Origin: a virus | Virus record (IMG/VR): IMGVR_UViG_3300045988_061665 | Location: 1 to 39,892 of that record | Reading direction: 5' to 3' (one strand) | Length of the DNA: 39,892 bases | Part shown: positions 7,324 to 15,964 of the stretch, one piece after another | Numbering within the stretch: position 1 is the first letter of the stretch | How the letters are laid out: every line of letters starts with the position of its first letter | Made by a program: the position numbers and the translations under genes | Notes under the pieces: model-generated | Told to the model about the DNA's origin: nothing | The model's database searches: none | What the model saw: the letters and a program-made list of their open reading frames with translations, nothing else

Positions 7324-8110
7324 GTTCACCATCTCCCATATTCTGTAGTCCCTGCATTACCAGAGCGTCATAATCAACCTCACGCTGTGGGAACTGCTGG
7401 AACTGGTTTGTTTTCTGTTTTCCTGTCCTTCCTTTGTCCTTCTGCTCAGCTTCTTTCACCGCATTTATCACCCATTTGCGGATTGCCAAATAATGACTCT
7501 TTGCTTTATAGCCTTTCATCTCGATATACTCATCAAGAAACGTGACTGCTTTTTCCGCCATCCCCTCGCTGTACTCAGCCTGTAGTTTTCCCTTTTCATC
7601 ATCTGTTAACATAACATGTTTATATTCGCCATATTTGTGTTTTACTTTAACGTCAGGTGAGGGTGGAGCGTCAGCGGAAGCCGGTATATTATTATTAATC
7701 TTATCTATACTAATCTTATCTAATCTAATCTGAGAAGCCGAAATGGATACAGGCTGTACACATTCTGTATCCAAAGTGTATACGCCGGTCTCTGTCTGGG
7801 TCAAAAGTGCCTTTTCTTCGAGGTGGATTGTCTCCTTGTAGCGGTCCCTCTGGATGTAGTTATGGACCCACCAATGTGTGATTACACAAATCCCTTTTTC
7901 CATCTGGATTATGTAATTTTTTGCCACCAGAATCTTATAATCATCCTCACTGGCTCCAATGCTACGCATGATCTTTTTTGCATTGTCAAGGAATCCATCG
8001 TCATCCGCCCTCATACCAAGATGGAAGTAAAGCGCCTGGGCTGATTTCGGCATATCCAGGAACATATCGCTGTCAATAATTGCCTTTGAGAACATTCTCT
8101 TGTTTGCCAT
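7307..8110 (-). CDS. Phage replisome organizer (DnaD-like)
   Basis: The N-terminus MFSKAIIDSDMFLDMPKSAQALYFHLGMRADDDGF is the typical replisome-organizer N-terminal signature. The C-terminus has KYGEYKHVMLTDDE...YLAIRKW. Confidence 0.8.
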   Translation of the reverse strand: MANKRMFSKAIIDSDMFLDMPKSAQALYFHLGMRADDDGFLDNAKKIMRSIGASEDDYKILVAKNYIIQMEKGICVITHWWVHNYIQRDRYKETIHLEEKALLTQTETGVYTLDTECVQPVSISASQIRLDKISIDKINNNIPASADAPPSPDVKVKHKYGEYKHVMLTDDEKGKLQAEYSEGMAEKAVTFLDEYIEMKGYKAKSHYLAIRKWVINAVKEAEQKDKGRTGKQKTNQFQQFPQREVDYDALVMQGLQNMGDGEHGKEI

Positions 8111-8112
8111 GT

Positions 8113-8592
8113 CTACACCTCAATTCCTGTTTTTCTGGCGTTCTGTGCCGGGGTAACGATCCGCAGGTTGTCTTTCCGGTTGTCCGCCCGATTATGGTTG
8201 ATATGGTCAATCACAAGCCCATCACCGCGATACTGGCCGACTAACAGCTCATGCATTCGCATCATTTTTCCGTTTACCCTGGCCTGTGGGTATCCATCTA
8301 TTCCGATCGACCATGAATGTTTTGACAGCCGGTCTACATCTTCGGCATCTACGTTAATTTCATCACCCTTGTGGGTACGTATAACATAGCTATTTGTATC
8401 CCTCTTTCCGCGTGTCTCCTGCTCTTCCTTCAAGCAGCCACAGGACTTTACATTCCCCAGTCTAAGATGCTCTCCTTTGACCAATTTGTCTTTTCCGCAG
8501 TTAAGACATTGACACTTCCAGTATCCCTTTCCTGCATATTCCCGAGCCACCAGAAACCCAAAATGCATACCGCTTAAATCTATATAACTCAA
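8113..8592 (-). CDS. HNH homing-type endonuclease
   Basis: DHINHNRADNRKDNLRIVTPAQN and CxxC pairs. TTG start 7 nt after aaaggagg; an alternative ATG lies at 8568. Confidence 0.8.
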   Translation of the reverse strand: MSYIDLSGMHFGFLVAREYAGKGYWKCQCLNCGKDKLVKGEHLRLGNVKSCGCLKEEQETRGKRDTNSYVIRTHKGDEINVDAEDVDRLSKHSWSIGIDGYPQARVNGKMMRMHELLVGQYRGDGLVIDHINHNRADNRKDNLRIVTPAQNARKTGIEV

Positions 8593-8721
8593 TTGTAATT
8601 CCTCCTTTGTTCCCCCGCCGCTAGACGAAAGACGGCGGAGGCAGTACCATGGCAATTATTATGTTCGTGACACATTAATTCTTGCCCCCTATCTAAAGGC
8701 TCGTTTCAGAGCCGACAAGGC

Positions 8722-9348
8722 TTATTCTTTATATTTGATACCGTATACCTTATATTTCTCTGCAAAGCTGTTAAAACCGGTTGTATGAGCCTCTGTATGA
8801 TGCACACGGCACAGACATATCTTTCGATGATCCGAATCATCAAGCGTCCTGCGATCATTTCCCATCCCGATTGCATCAACATGGTGGACTTCTCCCGGCC
8901 TTCCGCAGATAGCGCACTTTTTAAGCTTCAGACATGCATACAGGTAATGTCCAATATCATCAGTGCGGTTAAGCGCGAAATCTAATAGCGGTACTCCAGC
9001 TTCCAGCGCATAATCCAGTATCGTGTTGATATATTCCCGGGCCGTATCCATAGAGCAAGATGAGAGCGAAAAGTACTCGCAGCCTGTACGGTAAATATGC
9101 AGATACTTAAGCCACTCTTTCATGACTTCCGGCATCTCTCCTGTGAAAGCTGCAATGTCGTTAATCGTTGCGTATGCTTTCTTCCGCTGCTCTGCGCTTA
9201 TGTGCCGTCCATCGTCAAGCCAGACGTTACATGTCCGCATGTGCTTTTCCTCCAGCGGACCCATAAGGTTTTTACCTGGAATGAACACCTGCAAATACGT
9301 CCCTTCCTCTACTGGCTTGTAAGCCGTTATATGTGCAAATTCATACAT
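8722..9348 (-). CDS. Putative HNHc-type nuclease associated with the recombination module
   Basis: CAICGRPGEVHHVDAIGMGNDR...CLCRVHHTEAH motif. Positioned next to Erf. Confidence 0.65.
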   Translation of the reverse strand: MYEFAHITAYKPVEEGTYLQVFIPGKNLMGPLEEKHMRTCNVWLDDGRHISAEQRKKAYATINDIAAFTGEMPEVMKEWLKYLHIYRTGCEYFSLSSCSMDTAREYINTILDYALEAGVPLLDFALNRTDDIGHYLYACLKLKKCAICGRPGEVHHVDAIGMGNDRRTLDDSDHRKICLCRVHHTEAHTTGFNSFAEKYKVYGIKYKE

Positions 9349-9360
9349 GCCATCACCCCA

Positions 9361-10008
9361 CTAATTAAACGGTAATCCATTATCATCTGGCGGCGATAAT
9401 TGTTTCATTTCATCGTCTGAGACTGGAGGTGGTATCTTCTCTTTATCCGGCTTCGATTTAAGCACCTTTACAGCTTCGCTATACTGGTCAGCCTCCATCT
9501 CCTCCAGAGTCTTAAGACCATAGTTCTTTAAAAGCCCCTTTATTCCAACGCCTGTTCTTTTCAGCTCCTCTATAATTTCGTTTCGCTGGTCCTCATTGAT
9601 TTTCCCGTTGGAGTCAGCATCTTTGTTATCATCGATACAGAACAGGCCATTAAGCGCATATTTTCGGGCGTAACTGCTTGTACTTCCAGTTATTTGAGAA
9701 GCGTCCATGCCCTTCTTTTCTTCCTCTTCCCGTGCATATGCCTTATTGGTAATTTCGGCCCCGGTCTCGCAATCAACAAATTTTGCAATGCCCTTAACAT
9801 AATACCGGTCCCCTATCTGCTCTATCTCATCGTTGAGGAAAAGCACAGCATTCACAGATTTTAAAAGCGGTTTTACGGCCTCCTGTATGTCCTCGCAGTT
9901 ACGATAATAATATTTCCCAAAGAGATTATACTGGCTTTTCGGTACTTTGAGTTCCTGCTGTACTTTCAGCAACTTCTCATACACATTCATTACACGGCTA
10001 TCGCCCAT
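9361..10008 (-). CDS. erf: Erf-family single-strand annealing protein
   Basis: NVYEKLLKVQQELKVPKSQYNLFGKYYYRNCEDIQEAVKPLL and GSTSSYARKYALNGLF motifs. An alternative start lies at 9990. Confidence 0.8.
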   Translation of the reverse strand: MGDSRVMNVYEKLLKVQQELKVPKSQYNLFGKYYYRNCEDIQEAVKPLLKSVNAVLFLNDEIEQIGDRYYVKGIAKFVDCETGAEITNKAYAREEEEKKGMDASQITGSTSSYARKYALNGLFCIDDNKDADSNGKINEDQRNEIIEELKRTGVGIKGLLKNYGLKTLEEMEADQYSEAVKVLKSKPDKEKIPPPVSDDEMKQLSPPDDNGLPFN

Positions 10009-10904
10009 TACACATCTTTCCTCTCAAAATACAGTCCCAGACTGTTGAGCGCAGTTTCCAGTTCTTCCAGTTCCGATTCAGTACCGAGAACCGTATATAT
10101 AACTTTTTTTGCTTCCGGTGCAACCGGCCAGACTCCGGCAAGTGATTCATCAACAGATTTCAACTCATCTACCGTCTCCCGGCGCGTCTCTTCTCTGATC
10201 TGCTGTTCCTGAGCTACCCGCTCACGTTCCTCACGGCGGATTCTCTCGATTTCAAGATCACGTTTTTTCTCTTCCTCTCTGCGGAGGATTTCGAGACGCT
10301 GGGATTCGTAATTGTTGATATATCTAACAGCGTTCGCAAGACTCAGGTCACGCTTGTACATTTCAAGCGCCTTCGGAACCACTTCGGAATCCATATTTTT
10401 AATGGTTGTAACCTCTTCGTATGACTTGCCGATCACCTCGATCATAGCCTTTTTAACCGCTGGTAATTTGACAGATGCATTTTCCCATTTTGGATCATAA
10501 ATCTTTTCCAGGGGAAGGTATTCCAGCATCTCCCCGATCACGCTGTCATATAACGCCTGGATATCTGTCTTTCTCTTTGCCACCCTGACAGCTTCCATTT
10601 CCTTAAGCTGGCTGTCGATGAGATTGACCGGCTTGTCTACGATTTCAAGCAGCCCATCAACCCGTACCTTAAAGGCTTCATATGGCTTCATCCACTCTGC
10701 CTTAACCTGCTTCCGGCTGTCTTCGATCTCTTTTCTCAGCTTCCGGAGGTTCGCAAGCTCACCCTTCGCCGTGGTTCTCGATTCCTCGGTAAACACAGCG
10801 CCTTCATACTCGGAAAGCTTCTCCCGCAAGCCCTTTTCCAGTTCTTCAAAATTAACTTTTATAATTCCATTGGTCTGTGCGACCTCAAATTTTAATCCCT
10901 GCAT
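10008..10904 (-). CDS. DUF1351-like phage protein (Erf partner)
   Basis: MQGLKFEVAQTNGIIKVNFEELEKGLREKLSEYEG... with ggagg upstream of the ATG at 10904. The long N-terminal extension in the ORF track overlaps the upstream gene. Confidence 0.65.
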   Translation of the reverse strand: MQGLKFEVAQTNGIIKVNFEELEKGLREKLSEYEGAVFTEESRTTAKGELANLRKLRKEIEDSRKQVKAEWMKPYEAFKVRVDGLLEIVDKPVNLIDSQLKEMEAVRVAKRKTDIQALYDSVIGEMLEYLPLEKIYDPKWENASVKLPAVKKAMIEVIGKSYEEVTTIKNMDSEVVPKALEMYKRDLSLANAVRYINNYESQRLEILRREEEKKRDLEIERIRREERERVAQEQQIREETRRETVDELKSVDESLAGVWPVAPEAKKVIYTVLGTESELEELETALNSLGLYFERKDV

Positions 10905-11062
10905 AATAGCATATCCTCCATCTTCATTTCGTACTGGTTCCCGTTCAGCCGTATCCGTTCCGTGATCCTGTGCCGCTGCTCTGCTTTCCGCTGGCACTCG
11001 TCACACCTTCGGCCTTCTACGGGGTCGAGATAGCAACCACACTGGTCACACCGATATCTCAT
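10892..11062 (-). CDS. Small zinc-ribbon protein
   Basis: MRYRCDQCGCYLDPVEGRRCDECQRK. agagggtg RBS. Confidence 0.45.
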   Translation of the reverse strand: MRYRCDQCGCYLDPVEGRRCDECQRKAEQRHRITERIRLNGNQYEMKMEDMLLCRD

Positions 11063-11246
11063 TTTTCTCACCCTCTTGATTTTCTGTGGCCCGTATGGTA
11101 TCATGGGCCTGTAAAGTTTTTTCGTATTTGCCGCTGTGAGTTCGCACCTCGCGCGGCTTTTTCCTTGCTTTTCCGTTTCCCCAGCCGTACGGGTTAAGCC
11201 CGGCCGCCGCAGCGGCTCTGTATGTACCGTTCTTTCTCTTGCTCAT
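11046..11246 (-). CDS. Small basic hypothetical protein
   Basis: MSKRKNGTYRAAAA... starts directly after the upstream stop. Weak evidence. Confidence 0.35.
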   Translation of the reverse strand: MSKRKNGTYRAAAAAGLNPYGWGNGKARKKPREVRTHSGKYEKTLQAHDTIRATENQEGEKNEISV

Positions 11247-11254
11247 CCCACACC

Positions 11255-11917
11255 TCAAATCTGTGCCAGTGCACGGCACCCAATAATATTACCGCCCTCA
11301 TCCCTCACCATCTCATCAACTATGTATAAGTCCTTGCGATCCGGCGCGGCCTGTGCAGTCAGTACAGATACAATGTAGGCAATTCCCGCTTTTGGATTCG
11401 GAAGATTGACCACCTTGCCGTACCCTGTCTTAGATACCGGGATACCGCCGATGTCTCCGATCCGCTCCCGTGTCTGTTCCGCTCTGGCGATACCGGAAGA
11501 AGGAATTGTCAATATGACATTGTCGTCCTTGTCTAATATGGTAATTGCGTGTGGTGTCAGATTGATAAGCTCGGTATCGAGGAGACTCTCCAAATATCCG
11601 ATCAACTCGTCCAGCCCCGTACCACCATCGTTTGTGAGTACGTCCATATAGTCGAGGCATCTAATCATGTCTGACGGAAAGCTTGATTCAGAATGAGCAA
11701 AAAATGTTATCCTAGCGTCTTCAACATCAAAGAAAAGGTATGCTCCGTCGGTGTCTCCGTCCGTATCATAGTCGTCATCGGCCTCGAGCAGTGTCTTAAA
11801 AATAGTCTGCTTGTCCCTCTTCCGCAGATCCGAAAAGTCCTTCGCGTCATCGGCCTGCATGATTTCCTTTGTTGCCTTCGCCCATTCCAGTACTCTGTTA
11901 ATAGTCTCTTTCTTCAT
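11255..11917 (-). CDS. Hypothetical protein (acidic N-terminus, conserved-looking C-terminal domain with an LNLTPH motif)
   Basis: 220-aa ORF with a taaaggag RBS. No domain confidently recognised. Confidence 0.7.
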   Translation of the reverse strand: MKKETINRVLEWAKATKEIMQADDAKDFSDLRKRDKQTIFKTLLEADDDYDTDGDTDGAYLFFDVEDARITFFAHSESSFPSDMIRCLDYMDVLTNDGGTGLDELIGYLESLLDTELINLTPHAITILDKDDNVILTIPSSGIARAEQTRERIGDIGGIPVSKTGYGKVVNLPNPKAGIAYIVSVLTAQAAPDRKDLYIVDEMVRDEGGNIIGCRALAQI

Positions 11918-11929
11918 CTTTTTTCTCCT

Positions 11930-12079
11930 TTATTTTGTTAAAATAATAATTGCCATCAGTGCCACAATCACCACAGCCTCGACCTGCGCCGCCGTCCGGT
12001 AACTCCTACGGCCCTCATACGCCTCGTGGAACATACGGTTCCAGTAGCGGGCGCTGAAGCCTGCAAAATAGTTCCGCAT
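11930..12079 (-). CDS. Small membrane protein (49 aa, below the ORF-track cutoff)
   Basis: MRNYFAGFSARYWNRMFHEAYEGRRSYRTAAQVEAVVIVALMAIIILTK, with a C-terminal hydrophobic helix. It fills the gap between genes exactly. Confidence 0.4.
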   Translation of the reverse strand: MRNYFAGFSARYWNRMFHEAYEGRRSYRTAAQVEAVVIVALMAIIILTK

Positions 12080-12084
12080 CGGTA

Positions 12085-12432
12085 TCACCCCTTCCCACCA
12101 AAAACAATATCCTTCATGGTTACTTCTTTCTCAGGCCCTCTTTTCTTTTGCGGCCGGATCATCGATTCAGATTCCGCGCCTGTTCTCTCGGCTTCTGAAT
12201 CCTCTTTGTAAAACTGGCTCGTCGGTATCCTCCAGTCCCCTAACTTCCGCGTGGCCTGTATCCTGCCACTCTTAATATAGTTGAGTACGGTTGACTTCGA
12301 GCAATGCATTTTAATCGCTATGGCTTTCGGGGGAAGAAACTCATCCAGCCCTACGGCTTCCAGGTACGCAACGCGGTCTTTCAACGCTGCATTTTCTTCC
12401 TCCAGTCGGTTAAGACGGTCTTCGATTCCCAC
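12085..12432 (-). CDS. Excisionase/MerR-type HTH DNA-binding protein
   Basis: LPPKAIAIKMHCSKSTVLNYIKSGRIQATRKLGDWRI resembles an excisionase-family HTH. GTG start 8 nt after aaggagg. Confidence 0.6.
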   Translation of the reverse strand: MGIEDRLNRLEEENAALKDRVAYLEAVGLDEFLPPKAIAIKMHCSKSTVLNYIKSGRIQATRKLGDWRIPTSQFYKEDSEAERTGAESESMIRPQKKRGPEKEVTMKDIVFGGKG

Positions 12433-12452
12433 GGTTATCACCTCCTTACATC

Positions 12453-12481
12453 TTGTATAATTTTCCTTCTCCCTCTATAAT
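12453..12481 (+). promoter_or_regulatory. Near-consensus sigma-70-type promoter TTGTAT-17-TATAAT
   Basis: ttgtat (12453-12458), 17-nt spacer, tataat (12476-12481), 48 nt upstream of the plus-strand ORF. Confidence 0.5.
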
Positions 12482-12529
12482 GTAAATATCAGCACTGCCA
12501 TGCTGAAATACTAAAGAAAGGAGATTTCT

Positions 12530-12739
12530 ATGGAAGTCAATTTATCTAATACAGATGCTCTTTTCATTTACGGACATTTTCGTAAAGAGGCCCACAAACT
12601 TGAAGCACTAAAAGCTATACCAGATTGTCCAATCTCAAAAGAAAATCTGGATCAGGATATTCAGCTCTACAATTCTATTGCCGACAAATTCCGTGATGCA
12701 TATCCTGAGCTATCTGGTCTCGACAATTACAGAATCTAA
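12530..12739 (+). CDS. Hypothetical small protein on the opposite strand within the early operon
   Basis: aaaggag RBS and its own promoter. 69 aa, no recognisable domain. Confidence 0.6.
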   Translation: MEVNLSNTDALFIYGHFRKEAHKLEALKAIPDCPISKENLDQDIQLYNSIADKFRDAYPELSGLDNYRI

Positions 12740-12740
12740 T

Positions 12741-12911
12741 TTAAGAAGCCTTGGATGCTTCAGCCTCCAGGGCTTCTTTCATTTTTCTAATAAGCATATC
12801 TGTAGATTCATATTTTTCAATTTTAACAACGTAAGTCATGCCTTGATGCTTAACCGCTTTCACGTAATCGTGTTTCTTACAGTTCAAAAGCCAAATAAAT
12901 ATTTTCCACAT
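12741..12911 (-). CDS. Small hypothetical protein (56 aa, below cutoff)
   Basis: aggaggtgagagag-ATG. MWKIFIWLLNCKKHDYVKAVKHQGMTYVV... Confidence 0.45.
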   Translation of the reverse strand: MWKIFIWLLNCKKHDYVKAVKHQGMTYVVKIEKYESTDMLIRKMKEALEAEASKAS

Positions 12912-12923
12912 CTCTCTCACCTC

Positions 12924-13049
12924 CTATTTAATTATCAATGTGCGTTTATCATTATGGAACTCATCGTGCTTATCCACGATGCGGCTGTAACGAATAAAGT
13001 TAATGCAGGTTATTGCAGCGGCTATAACAGTTAATGCTACTCTTATCAT
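12924..13049 (-). CDS. Small membrane protein (41 aa, below cutoff)
   Basis: ggaaggaggggg RBS. MIRVALTVIAAAITCINFIRY... Confidence 0.4.
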   Translation of the reverse strand: MIRVALTVIAAAITCINFIRYSRIVDKHDEFHNDKRTLIIK

Positions 13050-13088
13050 TCCCCTCCCCCTCCTTCCTGTGATGCGGGGTTGTCCTAC

Positions 13089-13352
13089 TTAACTTCTCAG
13101 CCCCACCAATCCGTCCTCTGTCGGGAGCCGCGACTGGCCATCATATATATAGACAGTGATTCCCATATTCCAGAGCTCTTTAAGAGAGAACTCCTCCGGC
13201 GTTTTCATTCGCCTATCTAACGTAGGAGCAGATAAACGTGCTTTTGCTGCCAACTGTTCATCATTCCAGCCATTCAGAGCTTTTTTACTGGCAATGCAGG
13301 CAAGGACTGTCCGACGACGTTCCTCAAGATTGGATAATCCTACTTTTGGCAT
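13089..13352 (-). CDS. Putative small DNA-binding regulator
   Basis: aaggagg RBS before the ATG at 13352. MPKVGLSNLEERRRTVLACIASKKALNGWNDEQLAAKARLSAPTLDRRMK is HTH-like. Confidence 0.6.
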   Translation of the reverse strand: MPKVGLSNLEERRRTVLACIASKKALNGWNDEQLAAKARLSAPTLDRRMKTPEEFSLKELWNMGITVYIYDGQSRLPTEDGLVGLRS

Positions 13353-13458
13353 CTCTCTCACCTCCTTAAATTTTCAACGTACTTTTCCACCATTCCCCAT
13401 TGACGCTTTCACATATCCGATGTAAAATAGTCTTACGAATCGAAAGTATGTTCGATCG

Positions 13459-13644
13459 TTATTCAAGGAAATACTCGATTGGAACTCCGAAGTAATCAGC
13501 AAGGATTTTAAGCTTATCAACCTTTGGCTTACTGCGACCCGATTTCCAATCGGTAAATGTTGATTTTGTAATTCCGGTATCAGCGGCAACCCGATAATCC
13601 GTTATCCCCTTTTCATCTCGAAGGGTTTCATATTTTTCATACAT
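13459..13644 (-). CDS. Cro-like XRE-family HTH repressor (early operon leader gene)
   Basis: GITDYRVAADTGITKSTFTDWKSGRSKPKVDKLKILADYFGV. Divergent from the cI-like gene. Confidence 0.8.
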   Translation of the reverse strand: MYEKYETLRDEKGITDYRVAADTGITKSTFTDWKSGRSKPKVDKLKILADYFGVPIEYFLE

Positions 13645-13655
13645 ATTTTTCCTCC

Positions 13656-13812
13656 TTTCCGAACTTTACTATTGATTTTAGTTCGGAAATCAGTTACAAT
13701 GTATTTACCAGATAAATTGTACAAGCATGGCTTGTTTTGATTTCCGAACCTTGTGTTTATTATAAAACGGATTTCAGAACTTGTCAATAGTTTTTGTACG
13801 GATTTTCAAACT
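13656..13812. promoter_or_regulatory. Immunity switch region with divergent promoters and repeated operator half-sites TTTC(C/A)GAAC(T)T
   Basis: Inverted pair tttccgaact (13656) / agttcggaaa (13680). Direct copies start at 13741, 13772 and 13803, exactly 31 bp apart. Confidence 0.55.
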
Positions 13813-13830
13813 TTTTATAGAGGTGAAATT

Positions 13831-14256
13831 ATGTATGAAATATATTGCAAGCTGAGAGATGAGCGAGGTGTCAAAGATGCCGATGTGGTTAAAGAAACAG
13901 GCATCACAAAATCCACTTTCTCCGATTGGAAAAACGGGAGAAGTAAACCAAAAAATGACAAGCTTCAAAAAATTGCCGATTACTTTGGTGTTACCCTTGA
14001 TTATTTAACAACGGGGAAAGAATCATCAGAAAAAAAAGAAATCACACTCACCCAAAAAGATGAACGTGATATTGCTAAAAAACTAGCTGGAATCATGCGG
14101 GATATCAAAACTCAAGAAGATGGCCCTTTATATTATAATGGCCAGGAAATAGATCAAACATCCTTAGAGCTACTTGAGTCCGCCTTAAACAACGCTATGC
14201 ACCAAATGAAAATTATTAATAAGGACAAATATAATCCACACAAAAACAAAAAGTAG
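13831..14256 (+). CDS. cI-like/ImmR-type XRE-family repressor
   Basis: MYEIYCKLRDERGVKDADVVKETGITKSTFSDWKNGRSKPKNDKLQKIADYFGV. No S24 domain. Followed by an ImmA-type protease gene. Confidence 0.8.
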   Translation: MYEIYCKLRDERGVKDADVVKETGITKSTFSDWKNGRSKPKNDKLQKIADYFGVTLDYLTTGKESSEKKEITLTQKDERDIAKKLAGIMRDIKTQEDGPLYYNGQEIDQTSLELLESALNNAMHQMKIINKDKYNPHKNKK

Positions 14257-14267
14257 GTGGTACAGGT

Positions 14268-14714
14268 TTGAATAAAAAAATAAGCCGTCTGATTGCCTAT
14301 TATGAAAGAACATATGGCACCAGGGATCCTTTTAAAATTGCAAGGTATTTAGGAATTTATGTAGGATTATATCCATTGGGAAATGTTGCTGGAAATTATC
14401 GCTACCTTGAACACGCTAAATGGATTTTTTTGAACTCTGAAATTCAAGACGAAATCTTTCTTCGAGTAGTAATGGCTCACGAATTAGGTCATGCTGTTTT
14501 ACACTGGAAAGAAAACTGTTGTTTTATGGCTCACAAAACGCTACTATTAACGTCTAAAATCGAAAGACAAGCAAATCTATTTGCTGCTTATCTGCTTATA
14601 GATGATGCTATGCTACAAGACTATGTCGGGTGTACACAAGAACAATTCTGTATCTGTACGGGATTTCCTGACGAGCTTATAGAACTACGTCTTAAAAATT
14701 ATGATTGGAGGTAA
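14268..14714 (+). CDS. ImmA/IrrE-family zinc metalloprotease (anti-repressor protease)
   Basis: HELGH motif (VVMAHELGHAVLH). TTG start after aggtgg. Confidence 0.85.
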   Translation: MNKKISRLIAYYERTYGTRDPFKIARYLGIYVGLYPLGNVAGNYRYLEHAKWIFLNSEIQDEIFLRVVMAHELGHAVLHWKENCCFMAHKTLLLTSKIERQANLFAAYLLIDDAMLQDYVGCTQEQFCICTGFPDELIELRLKNYDWR

Positions 14715-14719
14715 CCATC

Positions 14720-15005
14720 TTGAAGTACAAAGAATTTTTAGAGTAACTGGAAAAGAACCTTACCGGCTATCAAACTTTTATGTTTAAGGCCATGCAATTT
14801 TAGCGAGTCAAAAATGCCAAGCGGCAGAAAAAAGACCGCTGGCGAGATGTGGAAAAAAGCAATGGAGACATTATATAATAATTTGAGGCGAGAACTCAAA
14901 TCAGACATGGCTTCGGCCTGGATCTCTTACATTGAAAAACATGAGATTTTGGAATCTGTCAACGAGAGTATCAATGAGTTGGATTTTTATGATGACGCAG
15001 CATAG
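14720..15005 (+). pseudogene. Possibly decayed gene: a coding-like frame interrupted by TAA and TAG, then a +1 shift into a 63-aa ORF (14814..15005)
   Basis: TTG at 14720, 8 nt after ggagg. LKYKEFLE*LEKNLTGYQTFMFKAMQF*RVKNAKRQKKDRW..., then MPSGRKKTAGEMWKKAMETLYNNL... in another frame. Confidence 0.3.
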
Positions 15006-15031
15006 ATATAATTCTTAATTGGAGGGTTTTT

Positions 15032-15958
15032 ATGAGTATAAAAGGAACTACTAAAGAACTTTTTGTCGGAAAAGAAGAAATTAATCTTATTACTTTTATC
15101 GGGAATAAGATAACAATTCCTTATTCTGTTATGAAGGGGGTTAATTATTCCTATGCGTCTCGACTTAAAACCGGATTTCTGCTATTTAAAAGAAATGATA
15201 ATACTAATATACGCTTTGATTTTGGATACAGCGTTAATGAAAAAATCACTCAGACTATCAATTTTATTAATGAACATCAGCCTTGGCTTGAAACAAAAGA
15301 ATTTGATATTAACGAGTTCAAAAACAATCGTTCTGTCTCATTGACGCCAATTTCAGGTTATAAAGAATTAGGTTTATCATCGTTAGCCTTGTCTATTCAC
15401 CAAAGAGTAGATGGCAGCGTTTATTTTAATTCTGACACATCAAAACTTTACACTATTTCATCGTACGAATGGAACGGGCCAGAATATAACGTGATTACCA
15501 ATACCACCGCCAACGAAACCGGAAAAAATACCACCAAAAAGCAGGGAAAAGCACTGAAAATTGGTGCCGGGGCGTTATTGGGAAATTTGGTAGCGCCTGG
15601 TGTTGGCACGCTTGTTGGTGCTGCTATGGGTGCAGGCAGCAAAGGAAAAGAAAAAACGAAGGGACATAAAACGACTAACTCTCAACAAATAGAAAAAAAA
15701 GTTGAAAATAGTACCGTCGCTTTTCTCACCCTTATCAGTATTGATACAAAAAAGGTGTATAAAATTTCCTTTAAATGCAACACAAAATTGGATGCCACCC
15801 TAAGGTGTTTCGACATAGTAACACCAGATACAAAAGAGTCTATTGTAATAGATACCCAAAAATCATTAGAAGGCATCAAGGCATTAAAGGAATTGCTCGA
15901 TATGGGGGCTATCACCCAAGAAGAATTTAATAATAAGAAAACACAACTACTTCAATAG
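15032..15958 (+). CDS. SHOCT-domain protein with a glycine-zipper hydrophobic segment (lysogeny-module cargo; candidate exclusion/defence factor)
   Basis: The C-terminus LEGIKALKELLDMGAITQEEFNNKKTQLL is SHOCT-like. Central GAGALLGNLVAPGVGTLVGAAMGAG. The gene is visibly AT-rich relative to its flanks. Confidence 0.75.
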   Translation: MSIKGTTKELFVGKEEINLITFIGNKITIPYSVMKGVNYSYASRLKTGFLLFKRNDNTNIRFDFGYSVNEKITQTINFINEHQPWLETKEFDINEFKNNRSVSLTPISGYKELGLSSLALSIHQRVDGSVYFNSDTSKLYTISSYEWNGPEYNVITNTTANETGKNTTKKQGKALKIGAGALLGNLVAPGVGTLVGAAMGAGSKGKEKTKGHKTTNSQQIEKKVENSTVAFLTLISIDTKKVYKISFKCNTKLDATLRCFDIVTPDTKESIVIDTQKSLEGIKALKELLDMGAITQEEFNNKKTQLLQ

Positions 15959-15964
15959 CATGTA

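Noticed and set aside
13362-13458. Hairpin atcgaa-catact-ttcgat after the cro-like gene as an early terminator
   Set aside because: The stem is only 6 bp with no U-tract. It cannot be distinguished from chance.
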